From positions 20,856-84,855 of the IMG/VR virus record IMGVR_UViG_3300010367_000012: 64,000 bases of DNA, one strand, 5' to 3'. Below the pieces are notes generated by a model. It had not been told where the DNA came from and did no database searches. It saw only the letters and a list, made by a program, of their open reading frames with translations. The translations under genes and the position numbers were made by a program. Numbering within the stretch: the stretch's first letter is position 1; the number at the start of each line of letters is the position of its first letter. This document shows positions 33,126 to 42,599 of this stretch, piece after piece. Source of the DNA: a virus.

Positions 33126-33434
33126 ATGCGAAACATTACTATGGAGAACTTCAATGAGGTTCTTGAATCTAGCAAGCCTGTTCTTGTTGATTTCTGGGCT
33201 GAATGGTGTGGTCCTTGTAAGATGATGACACCCGTGCTAGAGTCTGTAGACAAGGAGAACGAGTGGCTAGACGTAGTGAAGATCAATGCAGATGAACAAG
33301 CTGATCTGGCTAAGCGTTATGACGTATCCTCTATTCCAACTCTTATGCTTTTCAAGAATGGCAAGATCGTTGAGTATCATGTAGGAGCCTTGCCAAAGTT
33401 CAAGATCCTTGGTATCATTAACGAACACAAGTAA
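33126..33434 (+). CDS. trxA: thioredoxin
   Basis: VLVDFWAEWCGPCK, SIPTL. Confidence 0.95.
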   Translation: MRNITMENFNEVLESSKPVLVDFWAEWCGPCKMMTPVLESVDKENEWLDVVKINADEQADLAKRYDVSSIPTLMLFKNGKIVEYHVGALPKFKILGIINEHK

Positions 33435-33441
33435 GCAACAA

Positions 33442-33513
33442 TCGGGCGTAGTTCAATGGTTAGAACGGCTCTCTGATAAGGAGCAGACGGAGGTTCAATT
33501 CCTCTCGCCCGGA
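33442..33513 (+). tRNA. tRNA-Ile(GAT)
   Basis: gctct-ct GAT aa-ggagc. Confidence 0.9.
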
Positions 33514-33515
33514 CT

Positions 33516-33587
33516 GTGACTGTAGCATAATGGCAATGCGCCACGTTGTGGTCGTGGTTTATGCGGGTTCAATTCCCGTCAGTCACC
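33516..33587 (+). tRNA. tRNA-His(GTG)
   Basis: ccacg-tt GTG gt-cgtgg; C73; the -1 base is T, not G. Confidence 0.88.
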
Positions 33588-33589
33588 CC

Positions 33590-33671
33590 GGATGTGTAAC
33601 CCGTAATTGGTAGCGGTGCGGCCTGTAAAGCCGTTGTTTCGACTCTGGGGGTTCAAGTCCCTCCGCATCCA
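33590..33671 (+). tRNA. tRNA-Tyr(GTA)
   Basis: gcggc-ct GTA aa-gccgt; long variable arm. Confidence 0.9.
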
Positions 33672-33685
33672 CGTAAGACCAAAAG

Positions 33686-33725
33686 AAGCCCCTAGCAGAT
33701 GTAATGTCTCTGCTAGGGGTTTTTC
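33686..33725 (+). terminator. terminator closing the tRNA island
   Basis: cccctagcaga-tgtaatgtc-tctgctagggg followed by ttttt. Confidence 0.8.
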
Positions 33726-33846
33726 AATACCACAAAGCTGTGGTATTTCTGTGACTTGTGTTACGAATGCATAACAATGTGGAATATGTGATTCTAGTAT
33801 ACTTATAAGCGAAATGTTCCAACCACATCCCCCCACAGGAGCATAA

Positions 33847-34983
33847 ATGGCAGAGTCATGGCCAGATGACGGATTGATGGACCTTCAACAGGAGCACCTA
33901 ATCCTAGCTAATCAACTTGCTGATAACACTCTTCAGCTTGAGCAGGGACAGCGAGTAACTGATACTCGTGTATCTCAGGCTCACGGAGATCTAGCTAATG
34001 GACAACGTGCAATTGTTGGTGACATCCACAATGCCGCTCACAATGTAATTAGAGAAGTATCCACAGACACACAGTTCCTGGACACAGGACAGAAGCTGCT
34101 TGAGATGGGCCAGCGTGGCATCGTAGAGGACCTAGGAAGAGGTTTCCTGGGTGTAGAGCGTGGCCAGGCTGCATCCGACCGCAACGTAGACGGGGCCGCA
34201 AGACACCTAGATACTGGTCAGCGCTTTATTGATAACAACCTATATCGTGGATTCCATCAGACTGAGCATGGACAGCGCGAAACCGACAGAAATGTAGATC
34301 ACAATTTCCGTTGGAACGATCTAATTCTTAGAGAGCTTCAGCGTGAAGTTGATCGTGATACTCGTGAGCTAGAGCGCGGACAGCGTTGGAGTGACGAGAA
34401 GAATAGCGATAACTTCTACCGCACAGGACGTGCACTTTCTCACAACGCAGAAGAGAATGCAGAAGCTTTTGGTGACACTAACCAGCACCTAAGCGATGTA
34501 GAGCGTCGTGTAGAAAACCGTATGAGCGACCTAGACCGTAGAGTTGAAGTTGGACAACTGCGTAATCACGATGAGATTCGCTACCAGTCTGAGCTAACTC
34601 GTGAGAAGGCTGTAAAGAATGAGCTAGAGACTCGTCTGTACTTGCGTGACCGTGAGGACAGAACTGAAGATCTAGTACGTACAATGGCTGATCGCAACCT
34701 TGATGAGATGCGTGGATTCGAGCGTCGTTCTCGTGACGATGAGGGACGTACCCGTGACCTTATTCGCCACATTGAGGAAGAGGCTAATGAGCGTGCATTC
34801 CTAAAGGCACAGCTAGCAAACCAGGAACTACGCACAGAGCTAGCAATTGAGCGTGCTCTACGTCGTCGTCACTGGGATAATGAGCCAGTTAGATTTGACC
34901 CAAGAATCAATATCGTAATTGATGATGACGATGACGACAGACATCATCGTCGTGAGCGTCGTGAGTCTTCTCAGACAGTCTAA
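33847..34983 (+). CDS. 18-residue-repeat coiled-coil protein of unknown function
   Basis: G-Q-(R/A) motif at residues 34, 52, 88, 106, 124, 142, 178; charged C-terminus; AGGAG SD. Confidence 0.85.
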   Translation: MAESWPDDGLMDLQQEHLILANQLADNTLQLEQGQRVTDTRVSQAHGDLANGQRAIVGDIHNAAHNVIREVSTDTQFLDTGQKLLEMGQRGIVEDLGRGFLGVERGQAASDRNVDGAARHLDTGQRFIDNNLYRGFHQTEHGQRETDRNVDHNFRWNDLILRELQREVDRDTRELERGQRWSDEKNSDNFYRTGRALSHNAEENAEAFGDTNQHLSDVERRVENRMSDLDRRVEVGQLRNHDEIRYQSELTREKAVKNELETRLYLRDREDRTEDLVRTMADRNLDEMRGFERRSRDDEGRTRDLIRHIEEEANERAFLKAQLANQELRTELAIERALRRRHWDNEPVRFDPRINIVIDDDDDDRHHRRERRESSQTV

Positions 34984-34994
34984 GGAGTAATGTT

Positions 34995-35369
34995 ATGCCT
35001 TTAGACATTGGTTTCGCTTATCAGAATACTTCCACACAAACAGTAGTAGACGATGCTTGGACCTCCCTTATTGGTGGCCCAACTCAGCTACTGGGCTTGA
35101 CAGTTGGTCCAATTGCTACACTCGTAGAACTAAAGGGATACGTTCTTAATTTGTCTAAGGACGAAGCAAGAATTCGTATCGTTGTAGACGGGGTAGAAGT
35201 AGCTCAAGGATCTCCAGAGAACCCACTAATGTATGTGGCAGCATTCCCAAGCACAACAATTGGTTTCCATACCATTGATTTCCAGGCCATCGCACTTGAG
35301 TGCGCGGAACTAGCTTTCGCTGGACCTGTAGGCTTTACCGCAATTGACTTCGTGACAATTACGGCGTAG
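34995..35369 (+). CDS. hypothetical beta-sandwich-like protein
   Basis: 124 aa, AAGGAG SD, followed by a terminator hairpin. Confidence 0.75.
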   Translation: MPLDIGFAYQNTSTQTVVDDAWTSLIGGPTQLLGLTVGPIATLVELKGYVLNLSKDEARIRIVVDGVEVAQGSPENPLMYVAAFPSTTIGFHTIDFQAIALECAELAFAGPVGFTAIDFVTITA

Positions 35370-35373
35370 TGAG

Positions 35374-35410
35374 CAAACCCCCCCTGTGACTGGGCTTGAC
35401 AGGGGGGTTT
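35374..35410 (+). terminator. terminator hairpin overlapping a TTGACA promoter
   Basis: aaacccccctgt...acaggggggttt; TTGACA(35396)-N18-TAGGCT. Confidence 0.65.
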
Positions 35411-35432
35411 GTCATGTCGTAGGCTGTACCAC

Positions 35433-35798
35433 ATGACAAACTTCACTACGAAAGATTCTGGATACAGAGAACAATATTCTACGGGTATGCAGCGGGATAC
35501 ACAGGATGGGAAAGCACGGTTTGACTTGCTGTTCCCTTTGGATGTACCCTACTCAGACCAGTTCTTCACACGGATTGCTGAATTGATGACCCGTGGTGCT
35601 GAGAAGTACTATGAGCGTAACTGGGAGAAGGCTATAACTAAGGAAGAAATATCGCGCTTTCGTTCATCGGCTGCACGACATTTCTTTCAATGGATGTCTG
35701 GTGATACTGAAGAAGACCATGCTTCCGCTGTGGTATTTAATCTGCTAGCTTATGAGACCACAGTTTACAAGATAAGCCAACAGGAGGAAGAACAATGA
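35433..35798 (+). CDS. dATP/dGTP diphosphohydrolase N-terminal-domain (DUF5664-like) protein
   Basis: TGMQRD..GKARFDLL, GAEKY..RNWEK, S.ARH, EDHASAVVFN; ATG 35433 in leaderless geometry. Confidence 0.8.
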   Translation: MTNFTTKDSGYREQYSTGMQRDTQDGKARFDLLFPLDVPYSDQFFTRIAELMTRGAEKYYERNWEKAITKEEISRFRSSAARHFFQWMSGDTEEDHASAVVFNLLAYETTVYKISQQEEEQ

Positions 35799-36832
35799 AG
35801 CTGTACGATTTGTTCGGTTATCGAGACTATATGCAGATGCTTGACGAAGGGTATGTGCGAGAGAACTTCCACCCTGAGCTTGATCTGCGTATCATCAACT
35901 ACACGGAGAAGGCACAGTACGACAACGAGTGGAACAAGGTAACTGCTAGGTGCCGTGGCCTTATTATCAGTTCTGATGGCACGATCATTGCACGGCCTTT
36001 CGATAAGTTCCTGAACTACGGGCAGAACCAGGCTGACGTACTTCTTATGGATGAGCCTGTAGTAGTAACCGATAAGATGGATGGTTCACTTGGTATCCTG
36101 TGGAGTTACAAGGGTCAGCAGGGTATTGCGACGCGCGGTTCCTTTACGTCGGAGCAGGCTATTCACGCTACTGCGCTCTGGAAGGAGAAGTACAACTTCC
36201 AGGTAGCTCCGATGTGGACTTATATGTTTGAGATCGTCTATCCTCAGAATCGTATTGTGCTCAACTATGGTGACATGGATGAGCTGGTATTGCTCGGTGT
36301 ACGAGACATTGAGGAAGGCGATGTGTTGCTTCCTAACGAGGTTGTAACGTGGCGTGGTCCTAGGACTCAGACCTTCTCCTACGGGACGCTCAGAGAGGCC
36401 CTAGCGGCTCCTCAGCGGCCTAATGCAGAGGGCTTCGTCGTCTACTTCCCGAACCTTGACTACCGAATCAAGGTGAAGCAGGAGGATTACGTAGCGCTAC
36501 ACAAGATCGTTACAGGCTTGACAAAGCGTCGTGTCTGGGAGAACCTTGTTGAAGGTCAGACTCTAGTAGATCTTATAGAGCTTGTTCCTGATGAGTGGCA
36601 CGCGTGGCTGAAGCGGACATACAATGAGCTGATGTTTGAGTTTGCAGGTATCAAGCAGAAGGTGGCCGTTTCCTACCTTGCCGTGGAACAGGATCTCCCT
36701 ATTGGATTTACTCGTAAAGAGTTCGCAGAAAGAGTAAAGGATATGCCTTATCGGAGTATGCTGTTCGGTATCCTGGACGGTAAGGACATCAATCCTGCGG
36801 TCTGGAAGCTGATTAAACCTAGCGCAGAGTAA
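35795..36832 (+). CDS. ATP-dependent RNA ligase (T4 Rnl1-like)
   Basis: Motif I KMDGSLG; CRGLI..ARPFDKFLNY; FEIVYP.NRIV..Y; EGFVV; RIKVK..DY. Confidence 0.92.
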   Translation: MKLYDLFGYRDYMQMLDEGYVRENFHPELDLRIINYTEKAQYDNEWNKVTARCRGLIISSDGTIIARPFDKFLNYGQNQADVLLMDEPVVVTDKMDGSLGILWSYKGQQGIATRGSFTSEQAIHATALWKEKYNFQVAPMWTYMFEIVYPQNRIVLNYGDMDELVLLGVRDIEEGDVLLPNEVVTWRGPRTQTFSYGTLREALAAPQRPNAEGFVVYFPNLDYRIKVKQEDYVALHKIVTGLTKRRVWENLVEGQTLVDLIELVPDEWHAWLKRTYNELMFEFAGIKQKVAVSYLAVEQDLPIGFTRKEFAERVKDMPYRSMLFGILDGKDINPAVWKLIKPSAE

Positions 36833-37005
36833 TTACGTTCCGTATACATAAAAGGTACTGGTCTAATGCTATCCTTATGGGGAAAACAGCATTAGACCAG
36901 TCCATATACAACCAACTTGGGGCAGGAAATCTGGAGAAATGAATCGGGTGACATGGATCTCATTGCTGTTGTCCCCTTTTCAATCTAGCCCCAAGCGAGT
37001 TGCTA

Positions 37006-37437
37006 ATGACACAAGAACAGACTCCCACATGGTCAGGGGCGGTACAGAGAGAATTAGACGGTTTGCAGAGAAACGTTGAAACTCGATTTACGGATTTTTC
37101 CAGCCGCCTGGACAAACTATTAACACTAACTGAATATTACGCAGATAAGCATTCAACTGATATCCGTTTCGAAAATCTAAGTGAGAAAGTAGAAGATACA
37201 GAGCAGGACGTTACAGATCTAAAGAGAGAACTTAGAGATTCTTTCGAGTCGTTAAGACGTGATATCTTAGCTGAACGCCAGAGATACGAAGCAGCTATTA
37301 GCAATGAATCAACAACACGACAGACACAGCACACGGGGTACATAAAGGCAAGACAAGAGCAATTTAGATGGTTGATGTCCGTGGTTATGATCCCTCTAGC
37401 AATAGCGATCGTAGATCTGCTGGCAACAAAGAAGTAG
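37006..37437 (+). CDS. coiled-coil protein with a C-terminal membrane anchor
   Basis: Long heptads followed by the hydrophobic segment WLMSVVMIPLAIAIVDLL. Confidence 0.7.
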   Translation: MTQEQTPTWSGAVQRELDGLQRNVETRFTDFSSRLDKLLTLTEYYADKHSTDIRFENLSEKVEDTEQDVTDLKRELRDSFESLRRDILAERQRYEAAISNESTTRQTQHTGYIKARQEQFRWLMSVVMIPLAIAIVDLLATKK

Positions 37438-37505
37438 TAGACACGTTGATCTGCATAGTGTAGGATGTACTGCACTATGCAGATCTTTTCTATGAAGGAG
37501 GCAAG

Positions 37506-38480
37506 TTGCATTCCGTAACGAACATTGCAGAGCTGGAAATTCTGGCTAAGGTTGATCAGGGTATCTATGACGTTCTGGCTAACCGATCTATTGGAAGAGC
37601 AGCAGCGGCTACCACCCTAGGTGAACAGAAGAATATCTCAGTATCTGAAAAGCTCGTTCGTACATGGCGAGAGAAGCACATTCCCATTGTTAAGCCTGTC
37701 ACCAACCTTGGTGGCTATTCAGCAAAGACTATTGTGGTTATGCCTGACGTTCAGGTTCCTTTCCATGATGTCGATCTAGTCAACAAGTTCATTCGATTCC
37801 TTGGAGACTTCCAGCCGGACGAGCTTGCTCAGGTAGGAGACTTCACGGACTCTCAGGAAGTTGGCCGATGGGTTCGTGGACAGAAGCAGGAATTCGCGGG
37901 AGACCTTCAGGCAGGATTCGATTCTGCTAGAGAGATCCTTGGCGATATCCGAGATGTCTTTGATGGTCCAGCTTATGTTGTTCGATCCAATCACGATGAC
38001 AGGCTTGAGAAGTATCTTGAGATGTGCGGTCCTGGTCTTGCTACCTTGCGCGACTTGACTATTGAGAAGCAAGTCTTTGACGATTACGATGTGAAGTTCA
38101 TTCGTGATGCTGTCGTAGAGATTGCTCCTGGTTGGGTTATGTGTCATGGTGATGAAGGCTCGCTGAGTCCCGCTGCTGGTAAGACAGCTTTCGGTCTGGC
38201 TAAGAACAAGTTCGGTGTTTCTACCGTTTGTGGTCATACTCACCGTGCCGGTAAGACAACTGAATCCACTGGTTACAACGGAAAGATCCGTAACACTCTT
38301 ACTGGTCTTGAGGTTGGACACTTCATGGATATCACTAAGGCAGACTACCTTAAGAAGAAGGGTGTAGCCGCTAACTGGCAGCAGGCATTCGGTATCCTTG
38401 AGGTTTATGGAGAGACAGTGTTCTCTCATCTTGTAGAGATTCAGAACGGTCAGTTCTCGGTGAATGGAGTGCTTTACTGA
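37506..38480 (+). CDS. calcineurin-like metallophosphoesterase
   Basis: MPDVQVPFHD, VGDFTD, SNHD, CHGD, GHTHR. Confidence 0.9.
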   Translation: MHSVTNIAELEILAKVDQGIYDVLANRSIGRAAAATTLGEQKNISVSEKLVRTWREKHIPIVKPVTNLGGYSAKTIVVMPDVQVPFHDVDLVNKFIRFLGDFQPDELAQVGDFTDSQEVGRWVRGQKQEFAGDLQAGFDSAREILGDIRDVFDGPAYVVRSNHDDRLEKYLEMCGPGLATLRDLTIEKQVFDDYDVKFIRDAVVEIAPGWVMCHGDEGSLSPAAGKTAFGLAKNKFGVSTVCGHTHRAGKTTESTGYNGKIRNTLTGLEVGHFMDITKADYLKKKGVAANWQQAFGILEVYGETVFSHLVEIQNGQFSVNGVLY

Positions 38481-38899
38481 TGTACACCCCTATGAAGGAT
38501 CTCAAGGAGTTCCATGACACCTTTGCTCCACAGCAGAGGGAAGAGGAGTTCCTGAGTAAGACAGAGCGTCGTATCAATCTTATCTATGAGGAGTATGAGG
38601 AAGTCTCTCAGGCTATCATTCACCTGGAAGATACTCGACTGAATCTTACTTCTAGTTCTATGCACGAGGCTAAGGAAGAAGTCGCCAAGGAATTGGCTGA
38701 TCTTCTCTATGTAGTCTATGGAACTGCTGAAGAGCTTGGTATCCCTCTTGAGGATGTCTTTGATGTAGTGCACGAATCGAACATGTCTAAGGTCTGGCCA
38801 GATGGAGAAGTCCACTACAATGAGTTTGGTAAGGTGTTGAAGCCAAACACGTACGTCAAGCCAGATTTGAGTTTCATCCATGACAATCGAGTTCTATAG
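38480..38899 (+). CDS. MazG/HisE-like NTP pyrophosphohydrolase
   Basis: LIYEEYEE, AKELADLLYVVYG, VHESNMSK, GKVLKP. Confidence 0.9.
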   Translation: MYTPMKDLKEFHDTFAPQQREEEFLSKTERRINLIYEEYEEVSQAIIHLEDTRLNLTSSSMHEAKEEVAKELADLLYVVYGTAEELGIPLEDVFDVVHESNMSKVWPDGEVHYNEFGKVLKPNTYVKPDLSFIHDNRVL

Positions 38900-39118
38900 A
38901 CCAGTACATGATGAAGGTGATATCTGGAGAGAAGAGAGCTGGACTTTCCATTCTGCTCCAGAGGTTCCGTATGATGTGACTGCACTTGTACATGTTTCCT
39001 GTACGTATGTGGATCTCATTCATTACGCTGGACCTAATTGCCCTCACGTAAAGCAATAAGCATCTAGCCTACCCTGTAAGATAGGGGTAGGCTATTTGTC
39101 ATTTATAAAGGAGATCCT

Positions 39119-39577
39119 ATGCCACGAAGAAAGGCGGCCAGTCGAGTTCCGCCATTACATCCTAATCGTCCTCGCGCTGGTTCCGCATGGGATAGAACAT
39201 TCCTGGGAACTGTGCCTGAATCCAATGAGGTCATTCCTCCGAGACAGAATAGCGATCTGAATGCTATTAGAGCCAGAGCAGCCAAGCTGACAGATCCGTA
39301 TCTGGCTACTGAGATCACTCTAGCTATCAACGGTAATGACGCTGCTCTTCTTCCATACCAGCCAACCCCCACTATCAATCCTGGTAGACCGCGTACACTT
39401 GCTGCTGGTTATGATGAAAGAAGTCAGTCACTTCGTATAAAATTCAGAAACGGGGAATACTATACTTACTACAATGTTCCACAGTCAGTATGGTGGAAAT
39501 TCCAACGAGCACAATCCCCAGGACGCTTTATCAATACCACCCTTAACTCATATCCATATTCGAGAGGTTTGACTTGA
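39119..39577 (+). CDS. KTSC-domain protein
   Basis: GYDERSQSLRIKFRNGEYYTYYNVP...AQSPGRFIN. Confidence 0.85.
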   Translation: MPRRKAASRVPPLHPNRPRAGSAWDRTFLGTVPESNEVIPPRQNSDLNAIRARAAKLTDPYLATEITLAINGNDAALLPYQPTPTINPGRPRTLAAGYDERSQSLRIKFRNGEYYTYYNVPQSVWWKFQRAQSPGRFINTTLNSYPYSRGLT

Positions 39578-39924
39578 TCCACAATAAGAAGCATGATTTA
39601 GGACCACTATTCGTACACGGCATCAAACTACAGAAGAAGTCTCCACTCTTCCATCGGTATCCTTCCCATGAGGTAGAGGAACCATACCGATGGTCCAACT
39701 CACTCATCATCCGTATCCCGTGGTGCCGTCAGGGCATTGTGTTGGGCCTGTGGCGCTCTACCAAGAGGTCAGAGGAGCAGATGCTTCTAGATGCTCTGGA
39801 AGGCCGTCAGATCAGCGATGAGGAGTTTTCGGATAGTGAGAAGGCGCATATTCGTCGCACTATGATTAAGAAGCAATTTACGGCAGAACAACAAGAACTA
39901 CTAGTAGAGGCACTGGATATCTAA
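39574..39924 (+). CDS. hypothetical protein
   Basis: 116 aa, 4-nt overlap with the previous gene. Confidence 0.75.
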   Translation: MIHNKKHDLGPLFVHGIKLQKKSPLFHRYPSHEVEEPYRWSNSLIIRIPWCRQGIVLGLWRSTKRSEEQMLLDALEGRQISDEEFSDSEKAHIRRTMIKKQFTAEQQELLVEALDI

Positions 39925-40190
39925 TGAGATTTCTGAAGAGAAGAACTGGTGTTAACGACACCATCAAGAACAAACTATTAAAGAGACTCCGTTCCACAAC
40001 AGATGGAGAACTGATCCGTTGGGTAGACAACATCCATACTGGTATCGGTAGAAACATTTCTGAAATGCGAAAGAGCCTCACCCGAGAAGATCCAAGTGAG
40101 GCTCTAGCATATATAGACGACACGCGTACTGGCGCAGTATCTTTGTTGGCGGCAATGCAGGTATTGGAAGAAAGAATTACCAGACCTTAA
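39924..40190 (+). CDS. hypothetical protein
   Basis: 88 aa, TAATG coupling. Confidence 0.75.
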   Translation: MRFLKRRTGVNDTIKNKLLKRLRSTTDGELIRWVDNIHTGIGRNISEMRKSLTREDPSEALAYIDDTRTGAVSLLAAMQVLEERITRP

Positions 40191-40422
40191 TGACAAAGTA
40201 AACATACAAACCAATCGCTGACAGAACAGCAACCTTGAGCATCTTGCCAAGGAAGCCGATGAACTTACTGGTGTTAAACCAACGACCGAATCTTGTGTGG
40301 TCCAGCATGGAACCGAGTATGGCTCCTCCAAAGGCAAAAGCAAAGCCCTTAACGAATTCCATACCATGCGAAGGCTGCGGCTGAAAATCAAAGATTCCAT
40401 CGTCTCCCAAGTGTGGGTTCAT
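40177..40422 (-). CDS. small membrane protein
   Basis: 81 aa with two hydrophobic segments; AGGAG SD. Confidence 0.6.
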   Translation of the reverse strand: MNPHLGDDGIFDFQPQPSHGMEFVKGFAFAFGGAILGSMLDHTRFGRWFNTSKFIGFLGKMLKVAVLSAIGLYVYFVIKVW

Positions 40423-40528
40423 GGTGTACTCCTGAGTAGTAGTGATGTTAGTACCACTGTAAAGGTAGTACCCTGTTATGTCAACTCAGGTACAATATAT
40501 TTGTTGAGAAATTAATCTGGAGAATTAG

Positions 40529-42103
40529 ATGGCCACTGATATTGATTTAGATGAGCTAACAGCGGAAGAGCTGGAAGCCTATAAAAGTACGACTATTGAT
40601 CTAGACCCTCGTTCTCAAGCATGGGTTGACTCTCTTGTAGAGAAGCTATTGCTATTCGCGGATGAATTATCTGGGCACCCTCTCTATGGATATCAGCGTC
40701 CATTTGCTGCTCGATTCATGGAGTCAGTCATCATTAACGATGGCGCTACAGTTACTGCTCTCTTCTCTCGTCAGTCAGGAAAGACTGAGACGGTAGCTGC
40801 TTCCGTAGCCACCATGATGATTATGCTTCCTCGCCTTGCCAAGGTTGAGCCGTTCAATGAGTGGCTAGAAGACTTCAAGGAAGGCGTATGGGTTGGAGCG
40901 TTCGCACCAGTAGATGACATGGCTAAGACTCTTTACTCTCGAATCATCTCTATGTTCGAATCTGAAAGAGCAAAGGAGATCCTAGCTGATCCTTCTATTG
41001 ATGAGAAGGTACGTGGTCGTGGAGCCGAGATGAAGCTAGAGAAGTGTGGCTCTCTCGTACGCAGACAGACTGCTCACCCTCGCGCGAACATTGAAGGTAA
41101 GACCTATCACATTGCTCTCCTGGACGAGTCTCAGGTAGCTGACCAGAAGGTAGTAGACAAGTCTATCCGCCCTATGTTGGCGTCCACTAATGGAACCTTC
41201 GTTATGACAGGAACTCCTACATACGAAAAGGGAGTCTTCTACCGAGAGATTCAGCACAACAAGCGCAACGCTACTAAGCGCGGAGCGCGTACCAACCACT
41301 TCCAGGCTGACTATCGAGAAGTATCCAAGTGGAACAAGAGATACGAAAAGGCTGTCAATGGTGACATGCTTCGTATGGGATATGACTCTGACGAATTCAA
41401 GCTTTCCTACCGTCTGCTCTGGCTTCTGGAACAGGGAATGTTCACCACCTCTGAGCGTCTTGAAGAGCTTGGAGATAAGACAATGCAGATCGTAAAGAAC
41501 TACAACACTTCTCCTATCATCATTGGTATCGATCCTGCCAGAAAGATTGACAGCACGATTGTCACTGCTCTATTCGTAGACTGGGATCATCAGGATGAGT
41601 ACGGATACTATAACGTACGTATTCTAAATTGGCTTGACCTACAAGGACAAGACTGGGAAAGCCAGTATCATAGAATCGTAGAGTTCGTGTCCAAGTATAA
41701 TGTCTGGGCTATTGGAGTAGACGTAGGCGGAATGGGAGATATCTTTATCTCTCGCTTGCGTGTACTACTACCGCATATTGAAATCGTAGATGTATCCTCA
41801 CAACGTCCCCAGCAGTCTGAGCGCTGGAAGTATCTAAGAGAGATGCTGGACAGAGGAAAGCTAGGATGGCCTGCACATGCCAAGACAAGAAACTTGCGCA
41901 CATACAGAAACTTCGTTCAGCAGATGTCGGATCTTCAGGTTAAGTTTGAAGGGCCGTACATGCTGGCAGAAGCGCCAAAGGAAGTCAATGCGCACGATGA
42001 CTACTGTGACTCCTTGGCTATCGCACTAAGTATCATTCCCGAGAATATTCACGAGGAAGTAGAGATCTCTAATAATCCCTTTTATGACAGACGTAGATCT
42101 TAA
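40529..42103 (+). CDS. terL: terminase large subunit
   Basis: Walker A SRQSGKT, Walker B ALLDESQ, TGTP, nuclease GIDPAR and HDDYCDSLA. Confidence 0.95.
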   Translation: MATDIDLDELTAEELEAYKSTTIDLDPRSQAWVDSLVEKLLLFADELSGHPLYGYQRPFAARFMESVIINDGATVTALFSRQSGKTETVAASVATMMIMLPRLAKVEPFNEWLEDFKEGVWVGAFAPVDDMAKTLYSRIISMFESERAKEILADPSIDEKVRGRGAEMKLEKCGSLVRRQTAHPRANIEGKTYHIALLDESQVADQKVVDKSIRPMLASTNGTFVMTGTPTYEKGVFYREIQHNKRNATKRGARTNHFQADYREVSKWNKRYEKAVNGDMLRMGYDSDEFKLSYRLLWLLEQGMFTTSERLEELGDKTMQIVKNYNTSPIIIGIDPARKIDSTIVTALFVDWDHQDEYGYYNVRILNWLDLQGQDWESQYHRIVEFVSKYNVWAIGVDVGGMGDIFISRLRVLLPHIEIVDVSSQRPQQSERWKYLREMLDRGKLGWPAHAKTRNLRTYRNFVQQMSDLQVKFEGPYMLAEAPKEVNAHDDYCDSLAIALSIIPENIHEEVEISNNPFYDRRRS

Positions 42104-42161
42104 AGGGTATTTAATGCGCTATCATATAAACAACACTAGTGTTTTAACTTAAGGAACTAAT

Positions 42162-42599
42162 ATGGCAGAAATGTATCAGGAGGCAGGACGTGCTAGTCAG
42201 CTAGCCCCTGCGCCTAGATTCCCTGAAAGAGATCGCGGTGCGGTTAACTACGAAGCCAAGGGTGCCGCAAATCCTGAGCGTCGTGGACCACTTCGCTTTG
42301 AAGAAGGAATTGCAACAGACACTGACGTACCTAATGACTTTCAGCTAGGTGCAATGCAGGGCTACAGAACCGCTCCTGGAAGTCCTAACCACAACATGAA
42401 CGTATTTATCAAGCCAGCCGCTGAGACTATGCGTGAGCGTGCTCACGTAGGTTCCGCAGCATGGATTGACTCCGCTGGTATGACTGGTGAGTTCATGCAC
42501 GGTGTAAATGTAGATGCCAACGCAGCTCGTAGATTTGAAGAGGTTAACCGTAGTGGTGGCCGTTACGAGCGCCTACACGGAGCAGTTATCACCGACTAA
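42162..42599 (+). CDS. hypothetical (probable virion-associated) protein
   Basis: 145 aa, AAGGA SD. Confidence 0.8.
   Translation: MAEMYQEAGRASQLAPAPRFPERDRGAVNYEAKGAANPERRGPLRFEEGIATDTDVPNDFQLGAMQGYRTAPGSPNHNMNVFIKPAAETMRERAHVGSAAWIDSAGMTGEFMHGVNVDANAARRFEEVNRSGGRYERLHGAVITD

Noticed and set aside
22360-33836. ORF-track ORFs overlapping tRNA/Y-RNA genes (e.g. 22360-22560, 22984-23462, 23469-24017, 25750-26430, 26676-26936, 27189-27413, 32697-32963)
   Set aside because: They run through clear RNA genes, lack SD sites and translate to tRNA-derived nonsense.
40529-42103. Intein or intron in terminase, portal or capsid genes
   Set aside because: Lengths are typical, frames are uninterrupted, and no Hint or LAGLIDADG motifs are visible.
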